This document shows positions 49,201-58,732 of a stretch of 64,000 bases of DNA, in pieces. The translations under genes were made by a program, and so were the position numbers. The notes under the pieces are model-generated. The model was not told where the DNA came from. It searched no databases and saw nothing but the letters and a program-made list of their open reading frames with translations. The DNA is from an uncultured Gammaproteobacteria bacterium (GTDB taxonomy: Bacteria > Patescibacteriota > Microgenomatia > UBA8517), in contig CAYRUS010000001.1 in NCBI GenBank assembly GCA_964427735.1, positions 98,173-162,172 on the forward strand, given 5' to 3'. Every line of letters begins with the position of its first letter. Within the stretch, counting starts at the first letter, position 1.

Positions 49201-49842
49201 TTAAAAATCTGGGGAAACACAAACATGGTAACAAGCCAACCTTTTACCAACCTCCCCATTAATATTTTCTATTTTGTATTCATGTATAAAATTTATACGG
49301 CCTTGTTCGTGTAATTCTTGAAGGATATCTCTCAAAATTTCGGTGTATTTGGGATCGTACCCATTATCCAACCTACTACTTACTGGTTTTCTTTCTTTAC
49401 CTTTATAATATCCAGTAGGATCAAAATCTATTGCTGCTCCTGCTTGATGTGAACTTACTTCAGCTGCATTTTCACCCTGATTAATTAACTTTTGTTGTAA
49501 CTCTTCAGATCTATAAAGCGAAGAAATTGAGAGTACAACATCAGGTTGTAAGCCAGAGGCTTTAATACGTTTGGACCACTCTATTTGTATAACATTCAAC
49601 ATATTTAGCGCTTGTGGATTAAGAAAACGAGGTTCATCATCTTCCCTTAATGCTCTTATCATACCGTAAGATTCACCTTCTGTTGGAACTTCAACCAAAT
49701 CACCTTTTGCTAATGCTTTCACTGGATCTGAAATGATATTGTCTTTCCACCAATCTAGTTCTATTTGCGCCAGCGCTCTTACTCTATCAAGTTCCTTTAT
49801 AGCGCCGTCTTGAATAACTTCTATATTCTTAGATTCAGTCAT
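49201..49842 (-). CDS. cytoplasmic VanY/M15B-like D,D-carboxypeptidase-fold (LAS zinc peptidase) protein
   Basis: SLYRSEELQQKL matches YRSxxxQ. SSHQAGAAID matches SxHxxGxAxD, which provides the zinc ligands. A later CYH supplies another His. It has no signal peptide or TM helix. The start was moved to the ATG at 49842, 8 nt after an AAGGA Shine-Dalgarno. Confidence 0.55.
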   Translation of the reverse strand: MTESKNIEVIQDGAIKELDRVRALAQIELDWWKDNIISDPVKALAKGDLVEVPTEGESYGMIRALREDDEPRFLNPQALNMLNVIQIEWSKRIKASGLQPDVVLSISSLYRSEELQQKLINQGENAAEVSSHQAGAAIDFDPTGYYKGKERKPVSSRLDNGYDPKYTEILRDILQELHEQGRINFIHEYKIENINGEVGKRLACYHVCVSPDF

Positions 49843-49846
49843 TAGT

Positions 49847-50548
49847 TTATCCTTTATAAGCAATGAGCCTTCTTGTAAATAGCTTATCAAATTCTTTTCT
49901 ACCCAAGTATGCCTTTTTTCCTAAACCATTGTAGCTGTTCGGGTCATGAAACCAAAATCCTTCGACTGTTTTATCTTTGCTTAATTTATATCCATAAACC
50001 AAATACTGATGTCCGCCAGTTTCACTCTTGACAGAAGCAGCTACTAAATAATCATTGTTAATTAAACGGGCAATCATACTCGAGGGTACATATTTCATAA
50101 TCTCAGCTGTTAATCCATAATTTCTAGCTAATTCAGCAAGCGTATTATGATACCATCCGATATCATTTTCAACATCGTACCCTCTCAGTTTCACACCTTG
50201 GACAACCAGCTCCATTAACGTTTTTTCTGGTTTTTTGAACGAGCTCATTGCCATTTTCAAAACCGCCAGTGAACATGATCTCCATGCCCAATATTCAAAC
50301 TGCTGCTTATTCTTGGCACCAAACTGCAACAGCGCATTTTCATCGTTAATTTCACCATAAAATTCTTTGATCGTCTTACTATCTGCTCCACCTAATTGGC
50401 TAATATATTCAGGATTAAATTTACTAAAATAATCTCCTGATTCGAGTTTAGAAAATTCAACTTCAATTTTCTTATCCTTAAATATAGAAATTAGATACCC
50501 AATAGTGTCGTGATAAATACTTTTAGAAAAGTTACTAATCTCCTTCAT
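49847..50548 (-). CDS. cytoplasmic C39-like (Peptidase_C39_2-type papain fold) protein
   Basis: WRSCSLAVLKMAMSS is a Cys context, similar to GCATTSSAMILSYYG in the Kelch protein. GGHQYLVYGY is a His context. It has no signal peptide. Confidence 0.45.
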   Translation of the reverse strand: MKEISNFSKSIYHDTIGYLISIFKDKKIEVEFSKLESGDYFSKFNPEYISQLGGADSKTIKEFYGEINDENALLQFGAKNKQQFEYWAWRSCSLAVLKMAMSSFKKPEKTLMELVVQGVKLRGYDVENDIGWYHNTLAELARNYGLTAEIMKYVPSSMIARLINNDYLVAASVKSETGGHQYLVYGYKLSKDKTVEGFWFHDPNSYNGLGKKAYLGRKEFDKLFTRRLIAYKG

Positions 50549-50552
50549 TTTA

Positions 50553-50795
50553 CTATTTGTCCTTATCTTCGTAGTCCAAACTGTAGACTATCTTCTCTAT
50601 TTCTACAGAAACCTTTTCGCCCGTAATTTTAATAATTTTAGCATTATGTGGTTGTTCATGAAATTTGCAATTAATTATATCTGGTGGAACATCTGCTAAA
50701 AAAGAAAAATATATTGTGAATTCTTCTCCTGTTTCCAAACATTCATAAATAACTGGTAAAGCTAGCTCTTTTCTTGGATCCCTTTCAGATGTCAT
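50553..50795 (-). CDS. small hypothetical protein (80 aa)
   Basis: It is an intact ORF with an ATG at 50793-50795. It is co-directional and tightly packed within the dcw insert. Confidence 0.3.
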   Translation of the reverse strand: MTSERDPRKELALPVIYECLETGEEFTIYFSFLADVPPDIINCKFHEQPHNAKIIKITGEKVSVEIEKIVYSLDYEDKDK

Positions 50796-50825
50796 TGTGG
50801 CCTATATTATAAAGCAATGATATAT

Positions 50826-51427
50826 TTATACAAAACTTAGCCGTCTAAATTCAAGCCTTTTATCTTTATATAAATTGTTCCACTCATCACTTAGAATGTA
50901 TTGACCATCTATATGAAAATTGTTTTCCTCAACAACCAATTTATCGATATGAAGACCTACTGGGGCAAGTTGTAATGTGGATTGGCAGACAAATAAATCT
51001 TTTTGCCTTCTTAATATTAATGCAACATGAGTGTATTTATTATTTTTTTTACTCTTCTTTAAAATCAAATCTAATTCGCGTGCTTCACCCGGATTAATAA
51101 TTTTTATTGAACTACTTGCAAAAACAAATGCACCTGCTCTGTAAACTCCTCTTTTAGAATTATTGCGACATTTTAAATGATTTTCTAATATCCCGTCTAA
51201 ACCGGCTTCACGGAATGCAAAATCAAGTACATTGTAGACCAATCCAGAGCAATCAATACCTAAACCAAAAAAAAGCATGTAATCTCTTATGTTATCTTTT
51301 ATAGAGTTTTTTTTTAAATCAAATTCATAAGAACTGCTCAACTTAATTAATGATTTTTTTAATTTGCTCTGGCAAACCTTTTTCCCGATACCATCCATAC
51401 TCAACTTTTCTTTTAACATATAATTCA
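50826..51427 (-). CDS. cytoplasmic NlpC/P60-family (papain-like) peptidase-fold protein
   Basis: YMLFFGLGIDCSGLV matches the NlpC/P60 catalytic-Cys motif. THVALIL is a downstream His. It has no signal peptide. The first in-frame ATG is at 51425-51427; the track start at 51440 is a TTG. Confidence 0.5.
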
Positions 51428-51615
51428 TGAACAATATCAATCATTTCTTCATCTACAGTAGCTTTTCTCATTAAGTTTATAAAATGCTCTTCTACTATAT
51501 TACTATGATATGGTGTTGTAACTTTCGTACCAAAGATATCAAGATTGTTATAATTTTGAATCATATCCCAGCTGTACTTATTTAATAAATTTAATAGTTT
51601 ATTGTTATTTTGCAT
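51343..51615 (-). CDS. small hypothetical protein (90 aa) overlapping the NlpC/P60 ORF 5' end
   Basis: The ATG is at 51613-51615. It overlaps the murE stop by 11 nt and the NlpC/P60 frame by about 85 nt. Whether it is independent or fused is unresolved. Confidence 0.3.
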   Translation of the reverse strand: MQNNNKLLNLLNKYSWDMIQNYNNLDIFGTKVTTPYHSNIVEEHFINLMRKATVDEEMIDIVHELYVKRKVEYGWYREKGLPEQIKKIIN

Positions 51616-52873
51616 AATTTATACTTTTTTTCTTACCTTTGAGAGCTAATAAAACTGCTTCTTTGTCTGACCATGGATATTCTACTCCTTTATAATTCAT
51701 GGACTTCTCATGACCTTTTCCGCAAATCACTACAATATCACCATTATTTGCAGCTTTGTTAATAGCAAACCATATTGCCTCTCCTCTATCACGTATTACA
51801 ATAAAAACATGTTTATTGATTTCATTGAGCTTACTTTTATAAGATACTTGAATTGACCCAGCTTTTTCCGCACCTTTTATGATTTCTTTATTAATTTCTT
51901 CAATTTCCTCATATCTTTGATCTTCTGCAGTTAAAATAGATATATCAGCTAATCTTACTGATATCTTACCCATTATTGGTCTTTTTGCTTTATCTCTTTC
52001 ACCAGCACAACCAAATACTACTATAAGTTTACTACCCTTTTTAAGTCTATTTTTTAATTCGGAGAGAACATTCTTTAAGGCATTTGGGGTATGTGCGAAA
52101 TCTACATATATTTTTATCCCTAATTTATTTTCAATTGATTCCAGCCTACCAGGTATAACGTTAAAAGATTTGATTGCTTCTAGCACTGCAACATCTTTAA
52201 TACCTAATTCCATTGCAGCCATAATCGCTGCTAGAGCATTGTATTGATTATATTTCTCCTTAAAAACTTTCTTTAAATCACTAAAACTTTTTTCCTTAAG
52301 ATCATCAAGGCTATATTCTACGATTTTAATATTTTTTAGCTGTCTTTTTATATATTTATACGAGTCGTCATCTCTGTTAATTACTGCAGTTTGCGCATTT
52401 GAAAAAAGCTTTGATTTAGCTTTTATATAATTTTGAAAAGTCCTATGGTAATCAAGATGTTCATGTGTGATATTTGTTAAAACACCTACATCAATACTTG
52501 AACCAAAAAGTCTATGTTGATCCAAACCATGTGAAGTTGCTTCTAAAACAACATATTCTATATCTTCCTCCAAAGCCCTTTTTAAAAGTTTTTGGAGTTC
52601 TCCTGAATTTGGAGAAGTCACATGAAGCCCCGTATCTATTTCTTTATCGCCGATATATGCTGCAACTGTGGAAATTAAAGCAGCTCTTTTGTGATTTTTT
52701 CTAAGCACATGGTATAACATCGTTGAGGTCGTTGTTTTTCCATCAGTTCCTGTAACTCCAATTATCACCATTTTCCTGGCAGGATAACCATATCTTACAA
52801 CTGCAATAATTGCTCTAAGGAGATGATAAAAATTTTTTAATTTCTGTGGGAGTTTATCTTTAATTTTTTTCAT
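51605..52873 (-). CDS. murE: Mur ligase family protein, MurE-like, with no N-terminal UDP-binding domain
   Basis: The P-loop IIGVTGTDGKTTT lies at residue ~40. NITHEHLDYH matches the MurE DHLDYH motif. DFAHTPNALKNVL matches the MurE DYAHTPDAL motif. The protein is 422 aa, short for MurE. Confidence 0.65.
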   Translation of the reverse strand: MKKIKDKLPQKLKNFYHLLRAIIAVVRYGYPARKMVIIGVTGTDGKTTTSTMLYHVLRKNHKRAALISTVAAYIGDKEIDTGLHVTSPNSGELQKLLKRALEEDIEYVVLEATSHGLDQHRLFGSSIDVGVLTNITHEHLDYHRTFQNYIKAKSKLFSNAQTAVINRDDDSYKYIKRQLKNIKIVEYSLDDLKEKSFSDLKKVFKEKYNQYNALAAIMAAMELGIKDVAVLEAIKSFNVIPGRLESIENKLGIKIYVDFAHTPNALKNVLSELKNRLKKGSKLIVVFGCAGERDKAKRPIMGKISVRLADISILTAEDQRYEEIEEINKEIIKGAEKAGSIQVSYKSKLNEINKHVFIVIRDRGEAIWFAINKAANNGDIVVICGKGHEKSMNYKGVEYPWSDKEAVLLALKGKKKSINYAK

Positions 52874-52887
52874 AAAAACTTATGTTC

Positions 52888-53933
52888 TCATACAAAATCT
52901 TGGACTTCACGTTCTAAATCGACTTCAAATTTTTCTTTTATATCTATTTGAATTTCAACAGCTAACAAGTTTACTTCATGTGCTGTTGCTTTTTTTAATG
53001 GGTTTGTTAATACCAGAGCGTTTTTGTCTGATACTTTAGCATTTCCCATGTGTTTACCCATCCATCCTGCTTTATCAATAAGCCAGCCAGAAAAAAGTTT
53101 AACTTTACCATTTTCCACTTCAAAAAAGGGGGTATTTGGGTAATCTTTTTGAACTTTTTTAAGTTTACTTTTACTAACAATCGGATTTTTAAAGAACGAA
53201 CCGGCATTCGGATTCTCGGTTGGATCCTCAAGTTTTATTTTCCTTAAATGTAAAACAGCAGATCTAATGTCTTTGATTGTTGGATTATTAATTTCATTAC
53301 TTTGGAGATAATCCTGTAAGGAATTATAACTAATGACTGGCTTACCATCTTCTTTTAACTTTAAAACAATTTTCGTTATTAGATACTTATTTCTGTTCAT
53401 TAATCGTTTAAAAAAACTGTTTCTGTATTCAAAATCACACTCGTGGTAAATGAATTTAATCATTCTTTTATCTTTAAATGAGTATGCCACAAGATACTCA
53501 AAAACATCCTTAAGTTCTTGACCGTATGCACCAATATTTTGTACTGGTGCTGCGCCAACACTACCTGGTATTCCTGATAACGCTTCAATCCCTTGCAAAT
53601 TTTTATTTACCGTTTCCCTTACTAAATCATCCCAGACAATTCCGGCTCCAGCTGTTACTATTACCTCACCTCTCTCTTTCTCCTGAAATTCTAGTCTGTC
53701 ATCTACACACTTAATTACAATTCCAAGTATCTTCCCATCATTCACGAGAACATTGCTTCCTCCTCCTAGAATGCGAATAGAGAGATTTTTTTATCTGCAA
53801 ACTCTGCTACTTCTCCAATCTGATTTATATTCTTCACTTCCGTAAAGTACTGTGCGATACCGCCAATATGAAAAGTAGTAAATTCTTTTAAGTCCACTCT
53901 TTGCCGTAGATATCTTGGAGTTCTTGACTTCAT
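52888..53933 (-). pseudogene. murB: UDP-N-acetylenolpyruvoylglucosamine reductase MurB, interrupted by a frameshift at a homopolymer
   Basis: The N-terminal frame (ATG 53933 to stop 53767) reads MKSRTPRYLRQRVDLKEFTTFHIGGIAQYF..., a MurB N-terminus. The rest continues in the -1 frame as ILGGGSNVLVNDGK.... The break is at the T7 run at 53786-53792 (A7 on the coding strand). One more A restores a single frame. Confidence 0.75.
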
Positions 53934-55221
53934 TTTTTAACTTCTTCTATTTCTGCTCCTAATTTTTTTAGATTTTGAGCAAAATCTGGATGACCTCGAT
54001 ATAATGAATCTGCATTTAAAATTACTGATTCATCGTCAGCTATCATAGCTGTCATCACCATAGACACAACCACACGAATAATATATGGTGCTTCTACTGT
54101 AGAACTTCTAATTTTATTTCCGGTAGTGACAATTACCCTGTGCGGGTCGGCAATAATTAGATTAGCACCCATCTTTACAAGCTCGCTGGTCCAAAAAAGA
54201 CCTGCCCATACATCCAGTTATGGAAAATTATCTGTCCATGTCCTCCTGCTAAAGCCATGGGTATAAATAAAGGTAAAGTATCAACCGGCAATCCTGGCCA
54301 CGGATGGCATTTGATCTCTGCTGTATTAAATCCGTTACCCCCATTTGGCAAGATTGTTTGATTTGCTCTAACTATTGATTTATCACCATCGTAATCTATT
54401 TGTATTCCAAATTTTTCAAAGACGTTAACAATATTATTTATTTTTCCTGGTAAAGAATTGTGAACTGTGATTTCACCACCAGTAACTGCAGCCAATGCCC
54501 AAAAAGTAGTAATTTCATAATGATCACTCCACAAAGTGTGTTCTGTTGTAGATAGTTTTGTTTCTCCTTCAATTTCGAGAATATTGGATCCAATACCTTT
54601 AATTTTTGCTCCGCTTTTAACCAGGAACTCACATAAATCCTGTACCTGTGGTTCACTGGCCGCATTAATAATTCTGGTTTTACCAGGTAAAGATGTTGAA
54701 AGCATAATTACATTTTCTGTTGCAGTAACACTCATTTCCAAAAGCCAAATCTCTTTTGCCTCTGCACTTGAAGCATCCATTCTAACACTTGATTCTGTTT
54801 CGCTAACAACCACACCTAAATCTCTAAAAGCTTTATAGTGTGCATCAAGTGGACGCATTCCTAAGGTACAACCACCAGGAAGATCCTCAAAAACTACTTT
54901 ACCAAAGCGTGCAAGCATAGAACCCCACAGCAGCGAGGTCCCTTTCATATTTCCGAGATCTTCTTGATCTAATGATTCCAGATTCACTTTACTGTTATCT
55001 AGAATCATTGTCTTTTCCTTTTTGTTCCACTTTATTTTGCTACCTAGTTTCTCTAATATTTTTACTAAGCGATGTACATCAGTTATATCTGGTATATTCT
55101 TTAGACTAACTGGCTCATCAAAAAGTAATGTAGCTGGAATAAGTGCAACAGCTGAATTTTTACTTCCGGAAGGGTAAATCTCACCAGAAAGAACTTGCCC
55201 TCCCTTTACTTTTATATCCAT
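53930..55221 (-). pseudogene. murA: UDP-GlcNAc 1-carboxyvinyltransferase MurA, interrupted by a frameshift at a homopolymer
   Basis: The 348-aa N-terminal ORF ends ...IIFHNWMYGQVFFGPASL*. The shifted frame reads ...FWTSELVKMGANL... and continues to ...RGHPDFAQNLKKLGAEIEEVKK. This matches the MurA ...ELSRMGA... and C-terminal regions. The break is at the A6 run at 54193-54198 (T6 on the coding strand). Confidence 0.8.
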
Positions 55222-55248
55222 TTATTGAGTATTATACTTTTATAAATA

Positions 55249-56979
55249 TTACTTTTCAGGGTGTATCCCAAATTCCAAAAATAAATCTTCTGCTATAGAG
55301 TACCACAAAGGAGCAGCGGTTTCAGAAGCCCATTGTGAGGATGTTGGTTCCCTAAGGATAACAAGCATTACAAACTTCGGGTCCTCTGCAGGAGCAAAGC
55401 CTACAAAGCTAGCTATTGTCCTTTTAGCATCGTAATGCCCGGCTATAGGAATTTGGGCAGTTCCTGTTTTTCCTGCCACTCTAAAACCTGCTTTGTGAGT
55501 CCACTTAGCTTCACCGTTACTAGCAGCTTCCAACATCATAGCTGTTATTTCGTTTGCTGCTTTTTCTGAAATCACTCTTACTTCTTCTGTTTTCTCAACT
55601 TCAGCCTGCCAACTTCCTTTTTTAAGTTTTGACACAACTCTCGGAGTTACCAAATTCCCGTCATTTGCAATTGCAGCAACAGCACGGATCATCTGAATGG
55701 GCGTTACGGCAATTCCCTGACCAAAAGTAGTTGTTGCTAAATCCACAACGTTCCAAGTTCCCTTTTCTCTTTGGGAAGCTGTTGCCTCACCTTGTAAGTC
55801 TATCCCTGTTAAATGCCCAACCCCAAACTTATTTAAATAATCATATAATTTATTAGCACCAATTCTTTGACCTATAAATGCCATACCTACATTGTCAGAA
55901 TGCACAATAACCTCAGTCATAGTGGAGTTTGGATGGTACTCATTATTCCATGTCTCGATGAAATATTTATCAACTTTAAGAGGACCTGAACAAATATCAC
56001 AGGTTGTGTTTGGTGTTACCGCACCAGAATCAAGACCAGCTGCCATAACCACTACTTTAAAAATAGAACCAGGTTCAAACAATTCTGATATCGCTGGATT
56101 TCTAAATAATTCATCACTGTAAGCGGGATAGTTAGCTGGCTCAAACGAAGGATACGATGCCATAGCATAAATTGCACCATCTTTCGGATCCATGACAATT
56201 ACAGTTCCTGAGGATGCACCGTATTTTTCAACTCCGCTTTTAAGTTCTTTTTCAACAGTTACCTGAACACCTTTTTTGATATTTGTAATTAAATCAACTC
56301 CTTCGATTGCAGATACCTCCTGAACATCACCCAACACAATCGGAATGCCTAAAGCATCTGATTCACGGGTCATAAACCCTGGTTTGCCAGAAAGAACTAA
56401 ATCATAAAAACCCTCTAAACCAAAATAACCTTTATCTTCTCCGTGCTCATCTTTACCTACAAACCCAAGAAGGTGAGCTGCACCCGACGCTTCAGGATAA
56501 ATCCTATCCTCTTTGCGCTCAAAACCTATTCCTGCTATTTCTAAAGATTCAATATTCTTCTTTATTTGTGTCGATACTGAATTTTTAAGAGGAACCCAAA
56601 CCACGTTATCTTTGTTTAATAAATTTTCTATCCTGCTTTTTTCAGCCTCCAATCTATCTTCTTTTTCTTCGCCATTTTCAAAACTTTCTTCTGATATAAA
56701 AAGCTGAGCAAGCTGTTTTGATATCTCACCTTTATCCGCTTTAATTTCTCTTAATGAACCATAAACGAGCCAAGCTTCGCCACGATAAGCTAATGGATTT
56801 CCATTACTGTCTAAAATATTTCCTCTTGGAGCTGAAACTATCTTTGATGATTCATATTGATATCGAGCAGCTTCCGATAAAGTAGGTCCTTTTATAACTT
56901 GCCAATAAAACAATCTAATTATTAGCATTAAAAACCCTATGAAAAAAAATACAGCAATAGTACGTATTCTTGCCTGCAT
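55249..56979 (-). CDS. ftsI: penicillin-binding transpeptidase (FtsI/PBP2-class)
   Basis: It has an N-terminal TM helix. GSIFKVV is SxxK, HSDNVG is SxN and AGKTGTAQ is KTG. Confidence 0.9.
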   Translation of the reverse strand: MQARIRTIAVFFFIGFLMLIIRLFYWQVIKGPTLSEAARYQYESSKIVSAPRGNILDSNGNPLAYRGEAWLVYGSLREIKADKGEISKQLAQLFISEESFENGEEKEDRLEAEKSRIENLLNKDNVVWVPLKNSVSTQIKKNIESLEIAGIGFERKEDRIYPEASGAAHLLGFVGKDEHGEDKGYFGLEGFYDLVLSGKPGFMTRESDALGIPIVLGDVQEVSAIEGVDLITNIKKGVQVTVEKELKSGVEKYGASSGTVIVMDPKDGAIYAMASYPSFEPANYPAYSDELFRNPAISELFEPGSIFKVVVMAAGLDSGAVTPNTTCDICSGPLKVDKYFIETWNNEYHPNSTMTEVIVHSDNVGMAFIGQRIGANKLYDYLNKFGVGHLTGIDLQGEATASQREKGTWNVVDLATTTFGQGIAVTPIQMIRAVAAIANDGNLVTPRVVSKLKKGSWQAEVEKTEEVRVISEKAANEITAMMLEAASNGEAKWTHKAGFRVAGKTGTAQIPIAGHYDAKRTIASFVGFAPAEDPKFVMLVILREPTSSQWASETAAPLWYSIAEDLFLEFGIHPEK

Positions 56980-56984
56980 AATAA

Positions 56985-57305
56985 TTATCGAAGCTGGGCA
57001 ACAAAATTGTCTCTGGAAAGATAAATAATATCATTAGGTTTTACATAACCTAATTCAGCTGCTTTTTCATCAAGCTTCATGAGTGATTGATTATTTACCA
57101 AAGCACTCTCCATTTCTCTATTTTCCTTTATGTAAGCTGTCTCCTGTCTTTCCAGTTCAGATATAGTTGCACCTAAACTAGCTGTTTGAACAGTAACAAA
57201 TATAGTGGATATTATAAATAGCAAAAAGATCACAACAACAAATAGTTGTAGATAGCCCTTTTTCTCTTTATTTCTGGTAATTTTTTGTCTTTGTTTTCTT
57301 CTCAT
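56985..57305 (-). CDS. ftsL: FtsL-like division protein
   Basis: The protein is 106 aa with a basic N-terminus, one TM helix and a coiled-coil. It sits between rsmH and ftsI. Confidence 0.55.
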   Translation of the reverse strand: MRRKQRQKITRNKEKKGYLQLFVVVIFLLFIISTIFVTVQTASLGATISELERQETAYIKENREMESALVNNQSLMKLDEKAAELGYVKPNDIIYLSRDNFVAQLR

Positions 57306-58252
57306 AATTTTTCTGCTACTCGAAGTTTTGAACTTCTCGCTCTCGGATTGTTTTTAATTTCTTCCTCGCTTGGTTTAATAGGTTTTTTTGTTACATTAAT
57401 CACGATATTCTCATCTTCTAATTTTTTGATAAAGCTTTTTACTACAGCATCTTCCAGGGAATGAAAAGAAATAATAGCCATTCTTCCGCCAGGTTTTAAT
57501 AGTTCAACAGCTTGCGACATCCCCTCATTTAGATTTGATAGTTCAGAGTTTGTCGCAATACGCAGAGCCAAAAATGGCGTAGTAGCCCAATGTGTACCTT
57601 TGTCTTTATTCTCGTAATAAACGTTTGATCTCTTTATAATCTCCAAAAAATCCCCTACTGTGTAAATTGGCTTTTTATGCCTATAATCAATAATTTCCCG
57701 GGATAAACTTCTTGTTAGTCTTAGATCAAGTACCTTACTAAACAAGTCAATTAATTGATCCTCTCTTAGTGCATTTAATAAATCTCTTGCTCTTACTGCA
57801 TTGACATCCTGATCTAGTCTCATGTCGAGATCTGCTTCTGGTACAGTAAATGAAAAACCTCTGGAGACATCCTTAAAATGAAGGACATTCGTACCTAAAT
57901 CAAATAAAATTGCATCAACATTAATAAAATTGTTTTGCTCAGCAATTACTTTTAGGTCTTTAAAATTTCCGTAAACTAGTTTGAAGTGGCCATGAACAGA
58001 ATTGTTCATGGCAGGGCGGGTCATTTCAAACTTTTCCCTGGCAATTTCAAGCATTTTCTTATCTGTATCAATACCAAGTACGGAAATTGGATACTTCAAT
58101 ATCTCTAAAGAATGTCCAGCAGTTCCTACTGTGGCGTCAATTACTTTAGCTTTATCTTTTAAATGTGCTAACTTCTTAATTTGTAAATAGTCAATTACTT
58201 CTTCAAGCAAAACAGGATCGTGAATATCTGTTTTATTGCTTTCGATTAACAT
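57302..58252 (-). CDS. rsmH: 16S rRNA (cytosine1402-N4)-methyltransferase
   Basis: HDPVLLEEV and DATVGTAGHS are RsmH motifs. The track start is a TTG at 58282; a likely ATG is at 58252. Confidence 0.88.
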   Translation of the reverse strand: MLIESNKTDIHDPVLLEEVIDYLQIKKLAHLKDKAKVIDATVGTAGHSLEILKYPISVLGIDTDKKMLEIAREKFEMTRPAMNNSVHGHFKLVYGNFKDLKVIAEQNNFINVDAILFDLGTNVLHFKDVSRGFSFTVPEADLDMRLDQDVNAVRARDLLNALREDQLIDLFSKVLDLRLTRSLSREIIDYRHKKPIYTVGDFLEIIKRSNVYYENKDKGTHWATTPFLALRIATNSELSNLNEGMSQAVELLKPGGRMAIISFHSLEDAVVKSFIKKLEDENIVINVTKKPIKPSEEEIKNNPRARSSKLRVAEKL

Positions 58253-58256
58253 TTCA

Positions 58257-58697
58257 TTAGTTATCTTTTGATTCACTAGCAAGCTTGTCGATCATTTCTG
58301 CTGCATTATTGCTAATGATCTCATTTTGATTTTCCCAATTATTTTTGTTCCAAATTTCAACTCTATTTCCAACACCTACAAAAACAACTGTCTCATCAAG
58401 ATTTGCAAACTCTACCAAGGCATCAGGTAAAACTACTCTTCCTTGACTATCAGGCTTAAGCTCAAAAGCAGAACCCATGATAAATCTTTCTGTAACTCTT
58501 ACAGGTGTTGTGATTAGTTTAGATGAACCTATCAGTTTTTCTAACAAGTCCAACCAATTTTCTTTTTTTACAGCCGTTAAAGAACCCTCGTACCACTTTG
58601 CAACTATAATCTCATTCCCTAAATCTTTTCTAAAATTTTTTGGTATTGCTACTCTTTTTTTATGACTAATTTTTGTCTCATACTGTCCGATAAACAT
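58257..58697 (-). CDS. mraZ: transcriptional regulator MraZ
   Basis: MFIGQYETKISHKKRVAIPKNFR resembles the E. coli MraZ start MFRGATLVNLDSKGRLSVP. The start was moved to the ATG at 58695-58697, because the track GTG start lies inside the operator repeats. Confidence 0.85.
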   Translation of the reverse strand: MFIGQYETKISHKKRVAIPKNFRKDLGNEIIVAKWYEGSLTAVKKENWLDLLEKLIGSSKLITTPVRVTERFIMGSAFELKPDSQGRVVLPDALVEFANLDETVVFVGVGNRVEIWNKNNWENQNEIISNNAAEMIDKLASESKDN

Positions 58698-58708
58698 AAG
58701 CTTGCCTG

Positions 58709-58732
58709 CCACTATTCACCACTTTTCACCAC
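58709..58732 (-). promoter_or_regulatory. three direct GTGG repeats at 10-bp spacing (MraZ-box-like operator)
   Basis: The minus strand reads aGTGGtgaaaaGTGGtgaataGTGGc, 12-35 nt upstream of the mraZ ATG. Confidence 0.45.
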
